A stretch of DNA of 64,000 nucleotides from a bacterium (GCA_018222765.1 JAAEZT010000014.1:37007-101006); one strand, 5' to 3'; shown: positions 18,176 through 26,432, counted from the first letter of the stretch. The notes: generated by a model from the sequence alone, not told the origin. Numbers and translations: made by a program.

Positions 18176-18258
18176 GCCGCCGTGGCGGAATTGGTAGACG
18201 CTGTGGATTTAAAATCCATTGATCCTAGATCGTGCGGGTTCGATCCCCGCCGGCGGTA
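18176..18258 (+). tRNA. tRNA-Leu (anticodon UAA), class II with a long variable arm
   Basis: Hand-folded. Acceptor is GCCGCCG/CGGCGGT (G1-U72 wobble). D arm is GCG-GAATTGGTAGA-CGC. Anticodon stem is GTGGA/TCCAT with loop TT-TAA-AA. Variable arm is GATC-CTA-GATC. T arm is GCGGG-TTCGATC-CCCGC, discriminator A. No CCA is encoded. Confidence 0.9.
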
Positions 18259-18301
18259 TTTTTCGTGAGCTTGAGAAGCCTCGTTGATGAATCAGCTCAT
18301 C

Positions 18302-18823
18302 CTATCGGCTCAGTTCGGCAATTTTTTCGAGAAGTTCTTCGGCTTGCTTTGCAGCATCGACTTTGGGGAAGTGGTGGACGAGCTTCCCGTTGCGGAAGAG
18401 AAAGGTTTCCCGGTTAGGTTTTTTATCGGGGTGGACGACCTTGAAGGCATCACAAATTTTTCCATCGGTGTCCGCGAGGAGCGGGAAGGTGAGCCGTGAT
18501 TTGTCAGAAAAGGCTTTTTGGTCTGCCACGGTGTCCATGGAGACTCCGATGACTTGGATCTTTTTTTCGGTGAAAGTGGGCGCAGCAGCCTGCAGCGATT
18601 TGACTTGTTTCGCTCACCAGAATGTATTCGCGACCGGATAAAAGAAGATAGCGGCCCAAGGCCCGCTGAGGGCGTATTTGAGATCAACCAGTTGTCCGGT
18701 TTGGGCGGCGGCAGTAAGTTTGGGAGTCACCCAGCCTGCGGGGCGGGGTTCGACTTCTTCGTGGGTGGCGCAGCTTGAGAGAAGAATGGCAAGCAAGACG
18801 AGAAAGTTTGAGATGCGCATCAC
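18302..18823 (-). CDS. Bcp/PrxQ-type peroxiredoxin lipoprotein with in-frame UGA (18614..18616) at the peroxidatic Cys position; candidate selenoprotein
   Basis: ORFs 18614..18823 and 18302..18538 are in the same frame, separated by one TGA plus 25 sense codons. Read-through gives MMRISNFLVLLAILLSSC (lipobox) ...IFFYPVANTFW[UGA]AKQVKSLQAAAPTFTEKKIQVIGVSMDTVADQKAFSDKSRLTFPLLADTDG...RETFLFRNGKLV. The PxxxTxxC motif is matched with UGA at the C position. Confidence 0.65.
18580..18596 (-). promoter_or_regulatory. Candidate bacterial SECIS hairpin downstream of the peroxiredoxin UGA
   Basis: The mRNA reads GC(U)GCAG-GCUG-CUGCGC: a 6-bp stem with a bulged U and a G/U-containing tetraloop. The loop begins about 25 nt after the UGA. 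Folded by hand only. Confidence 0.35.
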
Positions 18824-18944
18824 TAAGAAAAATGGATGCCGGCTCCACGAGACGCAACGAAAATCTTGATGCGTTCCCGAATTGGTAGGGGGCTAAGCTC
18901 CAAAATTTCATTGATTGGAGGTAGAGAGGGGGCATGGTGGAATC

Positions 18945-19877
18945 GTGAATAAGGTGCTGTTGATCCTATTGAGCGTCTCTTTGTGGTCTTCTGCCGAAGT
19001 CCGGACATGGACGACCGGGGAAGGTGGAAAGACGATTCGGGCTGAATTTGTAAAGTCATCGGACGGGAAGGTGACGATCCGGAGGTCGAGAGACCGAAAG
19101 GTGTTCACTATTCAATTGGCGATATTGTCCGAAGCCGACCAGGAATGGGTGAAAGCGAAGCTGGTTGAAATGGAGGAGGCCGAGGCTGCAAAGAATGGCA
19201 AGGTGGCGACGGATGACTTTGCCAAGTTGTTAACGGGTGACTGGGAGCGCACGGAGGGACATGGCCTGAAGTATCGCATTTTCGGTGAGCGGAAGATGAA
19301 GAAATCGAAGGACGTCGGCTATCCCCTCGTGGTGTGGTTACATGGCCGGGGAGGCGATGTCATGACGCCGGATTCGCCCGGGCAGGCACGGACCTTTGCG
19401 AGTGGTGATAATTTTAGGAAGCGACCTTGTTTTATCATCTCGCCGCAGAATCCGGATCAGTTGGGTTGGAATGGTGCGAAGGCCGATGGCGTGGTGGAGA
19501 TTGTGAAGGAACTATTGAAGAACCTTCCGATTGATGAAAAACGGGTTTATATTGCGGGATACTCGATGGGCGGTTACGGGACCTTTCACATCTTGGCGCA
19601 GGAGCCGAAGTTGTTCGCGGCGGGTGTGCCCATCGCGGGGGGAGGGAATCCGGGATCGGCTTCAAGTATGAGGAAAGTGCCGATCTGGGTTTTCCACGGC
19701 GCGAAAGATGCCATCGTGAGGGTGAGCCAAAGCCAGGGGATGGTGGAGGCGCTGAAGAAGGCGCGCGCCGAGGTGAAATACACCGAATATCCCGACGGAA
19801 ACCATGGGATTGTTGGAGAAGTTCTCCGCACTACTGAGCTGCACGAATGGTTGTTTGAGCAGGCAAAAGGCAAGTAA
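18945..19877 (+). CDS. Secreted SHD1-domain / alpha-beta hydrolase (esterase-type) protein
   Basis: The listed ORF starts at a TTG (18915). The in-frame GTG at 18945 gives a clean signal peptide (NKVLLILLSVSLWSSA). RTWTTGEGGKTIRAEFVKSSDGKVTIRRSRDRKVFTIQLAILSEADQEWV is SHD1-like. The nucleophile elbow is GYSMGG, followed by later FHGAKD and DGNHG blocks. Confidence 0.75.
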   Translation: MNKVLLILLSVSLWSSAEVRTWTTGEGGKTIRAEFVKSSDGKVTIRRSRDRKVFTIQLAILSEADQEWVKAKLVEMEEAEAAKNGKVATDDFAKLLTGDWERTEGHGLKYRIFGERKMKKSKDVGYPLVVWLHGRGGDVMTPDSPGQARTFASGDNFRKRPCFIISPQNPDQLGWNGAKADGVVEIVKELLKNLPIDEKRVYIAGYSMGGYGTFHILAQEPKLFAAGVPIAGGGNPGSASSMRKVPIWVFHGAKDAIVRVSQSQGMVEALKKARAEVKYTEYPDGNHGIVGEVLRTTELHEWLFEQAKGK

Positions 19878-19929
19878 CGAGGTTGGAGCGTTAGATTTTT
19901 GAGGAGCGGCAGTATTAGGGCGGAGAGCC

Positions 19930-20484
19930 ATGCCCCAATCTGAAAAAGAATCCGCCGAGGAAGACCTCCGATACGAGGCTTATATCCAAAGGTTTACTCA
20001 TTGTGAGCCGGACTTGCGGCGTTTTATCCGTTCCTTGCTGCCGACGTGGTCAGATGCGGACGAGGTGATGCAGCAGACCGCTATCGTGGCTTGGCGGAAA
20101 TTCGAGCAATATGATCTCGAGACGAATTTCATGAAATGGGCCTGCGTGATTGCGCGGTTTGAAGCCCTCGCTTATCGCCGGAAAATGGCGCGGGACCGGT
20201 TGGTGTTTAGAGAGGATATCTTTGATTTGATGGCGAATGAAGGTGTGGAGGAAATCGAGACCCGCCGGAAGGAGCATTCCGCATTGGAGGAATGTTTGTC
20301 GGCGATGCCGGACAAGCAACGGCAGTTTATTACTCTGGCTTATACGCCGGGAATCAAGGTGAAGGAGATGGCTGAGGAGGCCGGGAGTAGTGCGGCGGCA
20401 TTTTACATGCGGCTTAAGAGGCTGCGTCATCAGTTGATGGGATGTGTGGAAGGAAAAATCTCAGAGGCAAACCAGACCTCATGA
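19930..20484 (+). CDS. ECF-type RNA polymerase sigma-70 family factor (Rhodopirellula/Verrucomicrobium-type)
   Basis: 184 aa. Region 2 reads ADEVMQQTAIVAWRKFEQYDLETNFMKWACVIARFEALAYRR. Region 4 reads MPDKQRQFITLAYTPGIKVKEMAEEAGSSAAAFYMRLKRLR. Its stop overlaps the start of the anti-sigma gene. Confidence 0.85.
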   Translation: MPQSEKESAEEDLRYEAYIQRFTHCEPDLRRFIRSLLPTWSDADEVMQQTAIVAWRKFEQYDLETNFMKWACVIARFEALAYRRKMARDRLVFREDIFDLMANEGVEEIETRRKEHSALEECLSAMPDKQRQFITLAYTPGIKVKEMAEEAGSSAAAFYMRLKRLRHQLMGCVEGKISEANQTS

Positions 20485-22124
20485 AAAAGGATCAATTTTC
20501 CCAACTCTCGCCGGGTGAGCAGGAATGGCTCGACTCTTATCTTGATGGTGAGTTGAGCCCAGAGGACTTCGAGGCGATGCAGGATAAGATGATAGAGAGT
20601 GCGGAGTATCGAAAGATCATGCGGCGTTATCTTTCGGTCGATCACTCGCTTGAGATGTTGGAAGGCGAGACCCCGTTCGAGGTGGTACCAGAAGAGAAAG
20701 TGGTGACGAAATTTCCATCGCCGGTTCGATTGACCTTGGCTGCGGCCGTTGCCTTTTTCTTTGGTGTTCTGGGGATGTATTGGATGAACGACGATCAGCC
20801 GGAAGAAGCTGCTGAAGTGGAATCGCAAGAGACGGTTTCCCCGTCGGCGGAGGGCTTTGCGGTGGTGAGTGGATTGTTCGGGGAAGAATGGAATGAGGAT
20901 TCTTCCGGCTATGTGGAAGGCGATACTCTGGGCCCGGAGGTTTTTCGTCTCGCGTCTGGAACAGCTGAAATCAAATTTTTCTCCGGAGCCAATATGACGG
21001 TGGAGGGGCCGGCGGAGATCTTGTTGAAGTCAGCCTGGGAAGCCGAGTGTCGTGATGGTTTGGTGCGGATGCAGGTGCCTCCGGCAGCGCGTGGATTTAA
21101 GCTTCAGGCGCCGTCGACAGAGATCATTGATTTGGGAACGGAGTTTGGTCTCTCGGTGAGAGATGGGAAAGGGCAGGTCGAGGTCTTTGACGGGGAGATT
21201 TCCATTCGCCATCAGGACGAAGAGAAGCAAATTTTGGAAAAAGGTGCGGCTTTCATACTGCCGTCAGATGGGTTGGCGATTGCGACGGAGAAAGGTGGAG
21301 TGTCCTATCCCGATGCGACTAAGTTCAAAAAGATGGCGGAAGAGGAGCGCCGCAATTCGAGGGAAGTCTGGCAGGCGGAGCGCGCGGAGTTGGTGAAAGA
21401 CGATCGGTTATTGGCCTATTATTGTTTTGAGAATGCTAACGGGCTGAGCCTCGTTCCGAATTTGGCGGAGCCACGAAATCCGGAAACGGACGGAGCGATT
21501 ATTCTTGCCGAGCCAGTGACCGGGCGTTGGTCCGGAGTGCAGTCGGCGCTGGAATTCCGGCGTCCGGGATCAAGGGTGAGGGTGAACATTCCTGGAGAAT
21601 TTGAAGCCTTCACCTTTATGAGCTGGGTGCGCATCGACAGCCTCGATCGTCAGTATAATGCGCTTTTCCTTGGCGATGGTTATGAAAACGGGGAACCGCA
21701 TTGGCAGATTCGCGAAGACGGAAAACTCATGCTCTCAGTGATGGTTGATGAGGATCGGCCGCATCCGGTTTCCAAAGGCAGGCGCTTTCACCGGCTGTAT
21801 TATTCGCCTCCGATTTGGGACCTTTCCATGAGCGGGCAGTGGCTGCACCTCACGTCCGTGTATGATCCCGACCAGCGCCTGGTTTCTCACTTTGTTGACG
21901 GAGAGATGGTCTCGAGGGAGGAGATCCCCGACGAATATTTGGTGAAAACCTTGCGGATTGGAAATGGTGAGATTGGAAACTGGGGTGAGCCGTTCCGAGA
22001 GGATCCGAGTTGGGCCATTCGGAATCTCAATGGACGAATGGATGAGATTGCCATATACAGAGACGCCCTTAGTAAGAGTGAGATAGCAGAGATCTTTGCG
22101 AGGAGTCGGTCCGGTCGCCGATAG
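20481..22124 (+). CDS. FecR-like transmembrane anti-sigma factor with a C-terminal LamG domain
   Basis: The ATG at 20481 overlaps the sigma stop (ATGA); the listed ORF starts earlier at 20442. Features are an N-terminal anti-sigma segment (EQEWLDSYLDGELSPEDFEAM), one TM helix (LTLAAAVAFFFGVLGMYWM), a FecR-like beta region and a LamG-like tail (FTFMSWVRIDSLDRQYNALFLGDG...LNGRMDEIAIYRDALS). Confidence 0.75.
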   Translation: MKKDQFSQLSPGEQEWLDSYLDGELSPEDFEAMQDKMIESAEYRKIMRRYLSVDHSLEMLEGETPFEVVPEEKVVTKFPSPVRLTLAAAVAFFFGVLGMYWMNDDQPEEAAEVESQETVSPSAEGFAVVSGLFGEEWNEDSSGYVEGDTLGPEVFRLASGTAEIKFFSGANMTVEGPAEILLKSAWEAECRDGLVRMQVPPAARGFKLQAPSTEIIDLGTEFGLSVRDGKGQVEVFDGEISIRHQDEEKQILEKGAAFILPSDGLAIATEKGGVSYPDATKFKKMAEEERRNSREVWQAERAELVKDDRLLAYYCFENANGLSLVPNLAEPRNPETDGAIILAEPVTGRWSGVQSALEFRRPGSRVRVNIPGEFEAFTFMSWVRIDSLDRQYNALFLGDGYENGEPHWQIREDGKLMLSVMVDEDRPHPVSKGRRFHRLYYSPPIWDLSMSGQWLHLTSVYDPDQRLVSHFVDGEMVSREEIPDEYLVKTLRIGNGEIGNWGEPFREDPSWAIRNLNGRMDEIAIYRDALSKSEIAEIFARSRSGRR

Positions 22125-22390
22125 GACGGGGCTTGGGAAGATTTCACTGCTGGCCGGTTACTTGAGATCGAGACGAGAAAATTTTAAATTTGGGGGGAAC
22201 ACATTACTGATTCTGCGGATTCAACGATGGGAAACGGCCTTTCTCTCCCCTCCGGCCCCCTCGCCGCAAGCGGGCCTGAGCTCCGCTTTTTAAACAATTA
22301 TCTGGGAGGTAGGCGAGGTTGTTAGCGTTGTTTTTTCGGCAAAAGGCCTCGCCTACATTTACCTCCACGAATATAAAAAACACCGCAATA

Positions 22391-24703
22391 ATGAACTCTT
22401 CATTTTCGAATAACTTCTTCTTTATCCTCTCGGCAGTGGCGATTTTCGCCTCGAATTCCACTGCCAAACTAGTCGCCTGGTATCCTCTGGACGAATCTTC
22501 GGCCGCGGCCCTACCGGTGACGGAAAATGTCTCGGGAAACGATGGTTCTTTGATTGGCTACGATGCCGACCCTGCTTTCTCCTACGTTACTCGGGGTGTT
22601 TCTTCCGCGCGTCAAAATCTCGGACTGGCGTATCAGTTTGATAAAGACAACACCATTCCGGCCGGCGGTGGATTTGATCTGGGAGCCGTGGCAGCCGTGC
22701 AGCCGACGGATCAATTTACAATTGCCTTCTTCTTTCAGCCCCAGACCTTCGATCCCTTTGATCGGTTTTTTGAGACCCTAGTGGGAAACAACAATGCACA
22801 GCAGGGGATACGCATCGACACCGGTGCTGCGGGAAACCGGGTGCGGGCCCTGGTGCGTTCGGCAGCTGCAGGCAATACCAACTTTACGCATCCGACTGTT
22901 CTGAAGAATGACGGGACCTGGTACTTCTTTGCCTTTCGCTATGATAGCACGGGGTTGGATCCCTTCCGCCTTACCTTGATTGAGATGAATAGTGACCCGG
23001 TTGACGAGGCGGCCGTTACCTTGGCAACTTCCGCCGCTCCTACTCTCAATACCGGCGCGATGTCTTTTCCTCATGAGGGAAATAGTTTAGTGGGGGTGCA
23101 GCTCCCCGGTGCCGATAACCCCAACAACTTCGGCGGCGTTATCGACGAGTTTGCGATTTTCGACAACTCCGACGGCAATGGCGTGCTTTCGGATGCGCAG
23201 CTTCTCGACGTCTTCAATTTCGGACCTTCGGGGGTGGAGTTGATTTCTTCGTTTACGACCGATGTGGCGTCTGCTTCTCCGGGAAACCCGGCGACCTTGT
23301 CGTGGGTCGTTGATGATTCTTTGGATTCGTTGGTGCTGGATGACGGGAACGGTGGAACGGTCGACCTGTTGCCTTTTACGACTGCGGGAGAAGGGTCGAC
23401 GGCAGTCACTCCGGCTGAGTCGACGACCTACACGGTGCGCGCGGTCAAGGGAGACGCGGCCAATGTTTCCACGATCAGAATTCTCGCCGGAGCGGCTCCG
23501 GAGATCGCGAGCTTTTCATCATCAGATGGTTTAATTTCCCCGGGATCATCGGTCGATCTGACTTGGTCGGTGGCTGGGGCCGATTCGCTGAGCCTCGATC
23601 CCGATGGTGTTGATGTTACCGCTACTACAACCATCAATCTGACCCCGGTGGAAACGACGAACTATGTTCTCAGGGCGACCAATGGTTTCGGGACCTCGAC
23701 AGCAATGGTGTCGGTCGAGGTGATTGACGGCCCGGTGCCCGTGCATCGCTACGTCTCTTCAATCCTGGGCGAGGTTAATGAAAGCATTTGGAATGATTTG
23801 GTGGGGGATCGGGATTGGGGTTTTACTGGAGGATTACTTGGTGATCCGCTGAACCCGCCGAGTGCCAATACCAATATTGTGGTCCCGTATACCACTGTCC
23901 TTACCGATGGATCAAACGGAGCAAGTGCGGGGACCTTCCAGTATAACCAATTTTCGGCAGAAATTTGGTTCCGTCCGGGAGAGCTGACCGCTGATCACCA
24001 GGTGCTTTTTGAGACAGGGGGTGGACAGAATGGGCTTGGTGCCTTGATTACGGATACGAATATTCGATTGATTGGAAGCACCCTGAATGTGCGAAATCTC
24101 GACGTGACCATTTCCACGGTCGGTCTGAATTTGGCGGACTTCATTCAGTTGGTGATCACCAACGATGCGGATGCCGATCTGTTCACGGCATCCTTGCGCG
24201 ACACCTTCGGGAATGTTCGTTCGGTGAGCGAGGCTACGGATGTTACCGTTGGTGGAAATGGTGCGGGCCTCTTTACCTGGGCGTCGATCAATCTGGGGGC
24301 TTCTCCAAGTGATCTCGGTGGGCGGACCGAACTGCCGGACGCCTCGCCGGCGGGCTTGACCGGATTTTCCGGTGAGATCGGCATCGTGAATATTTATGAC
24401 CAGGTCCTCGACGACACAGCGATCGGCGAAGCCTTTGATCGGGTAGCGACAATTGGGCAGGCTCCGGATGGATTGGCGGTGACAGCGATTTCGTTTGATG
24501 ATGATACGAACCAGCTCACTCTCACATGGAACTCGATCAATGGGCAATCATACCTCGTCGAGTTTTCGTCGTCGATGGAGGATGAGACGTGGTTTGAGCT
24601 GGATGATCCGATTGTTGCTGATAGCGATGAGACAACTCAAGTCTTCGGACTCCCCCCGAACCTCAGCAAATTGTTTTTCAGGGTGGTTATTGCTACGCCG
24701 TAG
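22391..24703 (+). CDS. Secreted multi-domain protein: LamG, two Ig-like repeats, LamG, and the recurrent C-terminal module
   Basis: The ATG at 22391 gives signal peptide MNSSFSNNFFFILSAVAIFASNSTA. The N-terminal LamG is a clear paralogue of the one at 55937.. (DQFTIAFFFQP...GIRIDTGAAGNRVRALVR...GTWYFFAFRYDS...IDEFAIFDN). There are two ~85-aa repeats (..ATLSWVV.. and ..VDLTWSV..). The tail reads ...LTLTWNSINGQSYLVEFSSSMEDETW...KLFFRVVIATP. Confidence 0.75.
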   Translation: MNSSFSNNFFFILSAVAIFASNSTAKLVAWYPLDESSAAALPVTENVSGNDGSLIGYDADPAFSYVTRGVSSARQNLGLAYQFDKDNTIPAGGGFDLGAVAAVQPTDQFTIAFFFQPQTFDPFDRFFETLVGNNNAQQGIRIDTGAAGNRVRALVRSAAAGNTNFTHPTVLKNDGTWYFFAFRYDSTGLDPFRLTLIEMNSDPVDEAAVTLATSAAPTLNTGAMSFPHEGNSLVGVQLPGADNPNNFGGVIDEFAIFDNSDGNGVLSDAQLLDVFNFGPSGVELISSFTTDVASASPGNPATLSWVVDDSLDSLVLDDGNGGTVDLLPFTTAGEGSTAVTPAESTTYTVRAVKGDAANVSTIRILAGAAPEIASFSSSDGLISPGSSVDLTWSVAGADSLSLDPDGVDVTATTTINLTPVETTNYVLRATNGFGTSTAMVSVEVIDGPVPVHRYVSSILGEVNESIWNDLVGDRDWGFTGGLLGDPLNPPSANTNIVVPYTTVLTDGSNGASAGTFQYNQFSAEIWFRPGELTADHQVLFETGGGQNGLGALITDTNIRLIGSTLNVRNLDVTISTVGLNLADFIQLVITNDADADLFTASLRDTFGNVRSVSEATDVTVGGNGAGLFTWASINLGASPSDLGGRTELPDASPAGLTGFSGEIGIVNIYDQVLDDTAIGEAFDRVATIGQAPDGLAVTAISFDDDTNQLTLTWNSINGQSYLVEFSSSMEDETWFELDDPIVADSDETTQVFGLPPNLSKLFFRVVIATP

Positions 24704-24719
24704 CACATTTCGTTTATAG

Positions 24720-25132
24720 GCTGAGATTATTCCTACCACGCCATCACTTTCTAAGCTGACGGCGGTTGTTACCTTCATTTCGATACCGCTTTTCGCAGCT
24801 CCGCAGATCACGGAATTTGTCGCGGTCAATGCGAACTCACAGACCGGGTTCCAGCGACAGTCTTCCTTTTGAAGGTGGGACACTCGTTGATTATGTCTTA
24901 GGCGGAACGCCTTCAACTAATGGAGCACTTTGCACTTTTGTGGTGAAACTAGGCGGCGGATGGGGGCTCGGTAATGGTGCAACATTCCGACGATTTGAAA
25001 AATTAGAGCACCATTTTTACCGCGATTTTGAGTCAGGAACTGACGCCTGATGGCTTGGGTCGAAAGATCACGCTGGAGATGTCGGAGGGGGTGAGTGGAT
25101 TTGGGCGGGTGAGAGTGAGCCCCAGAGAATAA
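24720..25132 (+). pseudogene. Possible decayed, internally deleted remnant of an LTD / C-terminal-module protein gene
   Basis: Three short stretches in three different frames resemble landmarks of the LTD-CotH genes. LTAVVTFISIPLFAAPQITEFVAVNANS (24756..) resembles a signal-peptide end plus LTD start (compare APQISEFVASNSEF at 55937..). ...TLVDYVLGGTPS... resembles the (E/S)YA(Y/F)G motif. ...GFGRVRVSPRE-stop (to 25132) resembles the FFRV tail. No intact ORF exists. Confidence 0.3.
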
Positions 25133-25253
25133 GTCTCCAGGCGAGAGCGGCGCTTTATATCAATTGTTTCAAAATTGTTCCATGAATTTGAGTCACAATC
25201 TTGCCACATAATATTAGGCGCGGAAATTCGCGAGTGGCTCTACACGTGCTGAC

Positions 25254-25685
25254 ATGAGCCGAAAGGGTTCAGTCACCATGTGTGAAGAAATAGAAATCGA
25301 CCCCGTTGGGGATCATTGTTGGAACCGTTCGAGTCTGGAGCAGTTGAAGAGAAATCTTCAGTGTTCGGATTCCGAGCTCTGTGAGATTTTACTTCGGGAG
25401 GAATTCCATCCCTCGTTCGATGCCTTGAAAGTCAGAGATGCCTTGCGAGAGGAACATGAGCTGGGACGAGATCCATACCTCTTGGTGATGGGTCAGTTGG
25501 AGTTCGCGTCCTTTCTCCATTTTGTCTATCGCGGTTTTGGCGAGGAATCTGGGAGTGCTTACCGTAAACTCTACTTCCTGGGAGTGAAGGTGGCTTCCGT
25601 TTCGGGGGCTTCCCACCTCGAATTTATTTCCGATCCAAGCCATCCGGTTTGGGGAGGAGGAGAATTCCATCCGCAAGTCGCGTAA
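25254..25685 (+). CDS. Hypothetical cytoplasmic protein
   Basis: 143-aa ORF with no signal peptide and no recognisable motif. Four Cys lie in the first 45 residues. Coding status rests only on ORF length and codon look. Confidence 0.4.
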   Translation: MSRKGSVTMCEEIEIDPVGDHCWNRSSLEQLKRNLQCSDSELCEILLREEFHPSFDALKVRDALREEHELGRDPYLLVMGQLEFASFLHFVYRGFGEESGSAYRKLYFLGVKVASVSGASHLEFISDPSHPVWGGGEFHPQVA

Positions 25686-25727
25686 AATTAGATTTCGTTG
25701 AGCTGAATTCGAAATTAAAGTCCCCCC

Positions 25728-26432
25728 GTGAGACGGGCATTTCCGACAACTCTGGGGCTGAGCCTTTCAGCGGTGGCATTCATTGTGGCTTGCAGTAGCA
25801 GCACCCGGTGGGAAGGCGGAAACCCTGTTTTGAGTGATCTGCCTGTTTCCAAGTCACCTGTTTTAGCCAAAGCGGGCTTGATTGAGATCTCGGAGGTCGA
25901 TCCGTCGATCAAGATCGATCTTCGCTACACCCGCAATTCGGCGATTGCGAAAAAAGCTCTTTATCAGTCCGGCATGCCCGCCTTGCTGCGGCCTGAGACC
26001 GCAGTGCGTCTGCGCCGGGCCAATGAAAAGGTGAAGCTTCATGGTTATCGGATTATGGTCTGGGATGCTTATCGACCTCCGAGTGCCCAGCTGGTGTTGT
26101 GGGATGCTTCGGGGCACGACGATCGATATGTCGCGAATCCCTTCAGCAAGCCGTCCCAGCATTCCTGTGGCACCGCAGTCGATGTGACCTTGGTGACTTC
26201 TTCGGGAGAGCCCGTCGAGATGCCTACCGGTTTTGACAGCTTTACTGCGGAAGCTGCGGCCATGTATAAACATCCTGATCAGGAAGTGATGGAGCGAAAG
26301 CACATTCTGCAGCGGGCCATGATAGAGGCTGGATTTTTTCCGCTGCCAAACGAATGGTGGCATTTTACCGATCGTCGTTTTAAAGCTTATCCCGAGACCA
26401 TTGCACTCTCCGAGATTAAATCTGCTCTATGA
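25728..26432 (+). CDS. D-alanyl-D-alanine dipeptidase (peptidase M15D, VanX/DdpX type), lipoprotein
   Basis: GTG start with lipobox ...AFIVAC-SSS. The catalytic blocks are SQHSCGTAVDVTL (SxHxxGxAxD) and NEWWHF (EWWH). Confidence 0.8.
   Translation: MRRAFPTTLGLSLSAVAFIVACSSSTRWEGGNPVLSDLPVSKSPVLAKAGLIEISEVDPSIKIDLRYTRNSAIAKKALYQSGMPALLRPETAVRLRRANEKVKLHGYRIMVWDAYRPPSAQLVLWDASGHDDRYVANPFSKPSQHSCGTAVDVTLVTSSGEPVEMPTGFDSFTAEAAAMYKHPDQEVMERKHILQRAMIEAGFFPLPNEWWHFTDRRFKAYPETIALSEIKSAL

Noticed and set aside
18176-18258. tRNA-Leu considered as a possible genomic-island integration site.
   Set aside because: There is no integrase or recombinase, no partial tRNA direct repeat nearby, and flanking genes look like ordinary chromosomal genes.
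18310-18687. 125-aa ORF bridging the two peroxiredoxin fragments. This raised the idea that the peroxiredoxin is a frameshifted pseudogene.
   Set aside because: This ORF is in a different frame and has no motif. The two peroxiredoxin pieces are in the same frame, interrupted only by a single TGA at the catalytic Cys column. A frameshift is therefore not needed to explain the split. A plain nonsense-mutation pseudogene remains the formal alternative to Sec.
22196-22230. GGAAC pentamer (22196..22200) between the anti-sigma gene and the LamG gene, considered as a possible ECF -35 element.
   Set aside because: I could not find a convincing -10 element (CGT/GTC-type) at 16-17 nt spacing. A lone pentamer is expected by chance, and there is no second copy upstream of the sigma gene to compare. 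It is left as untested.
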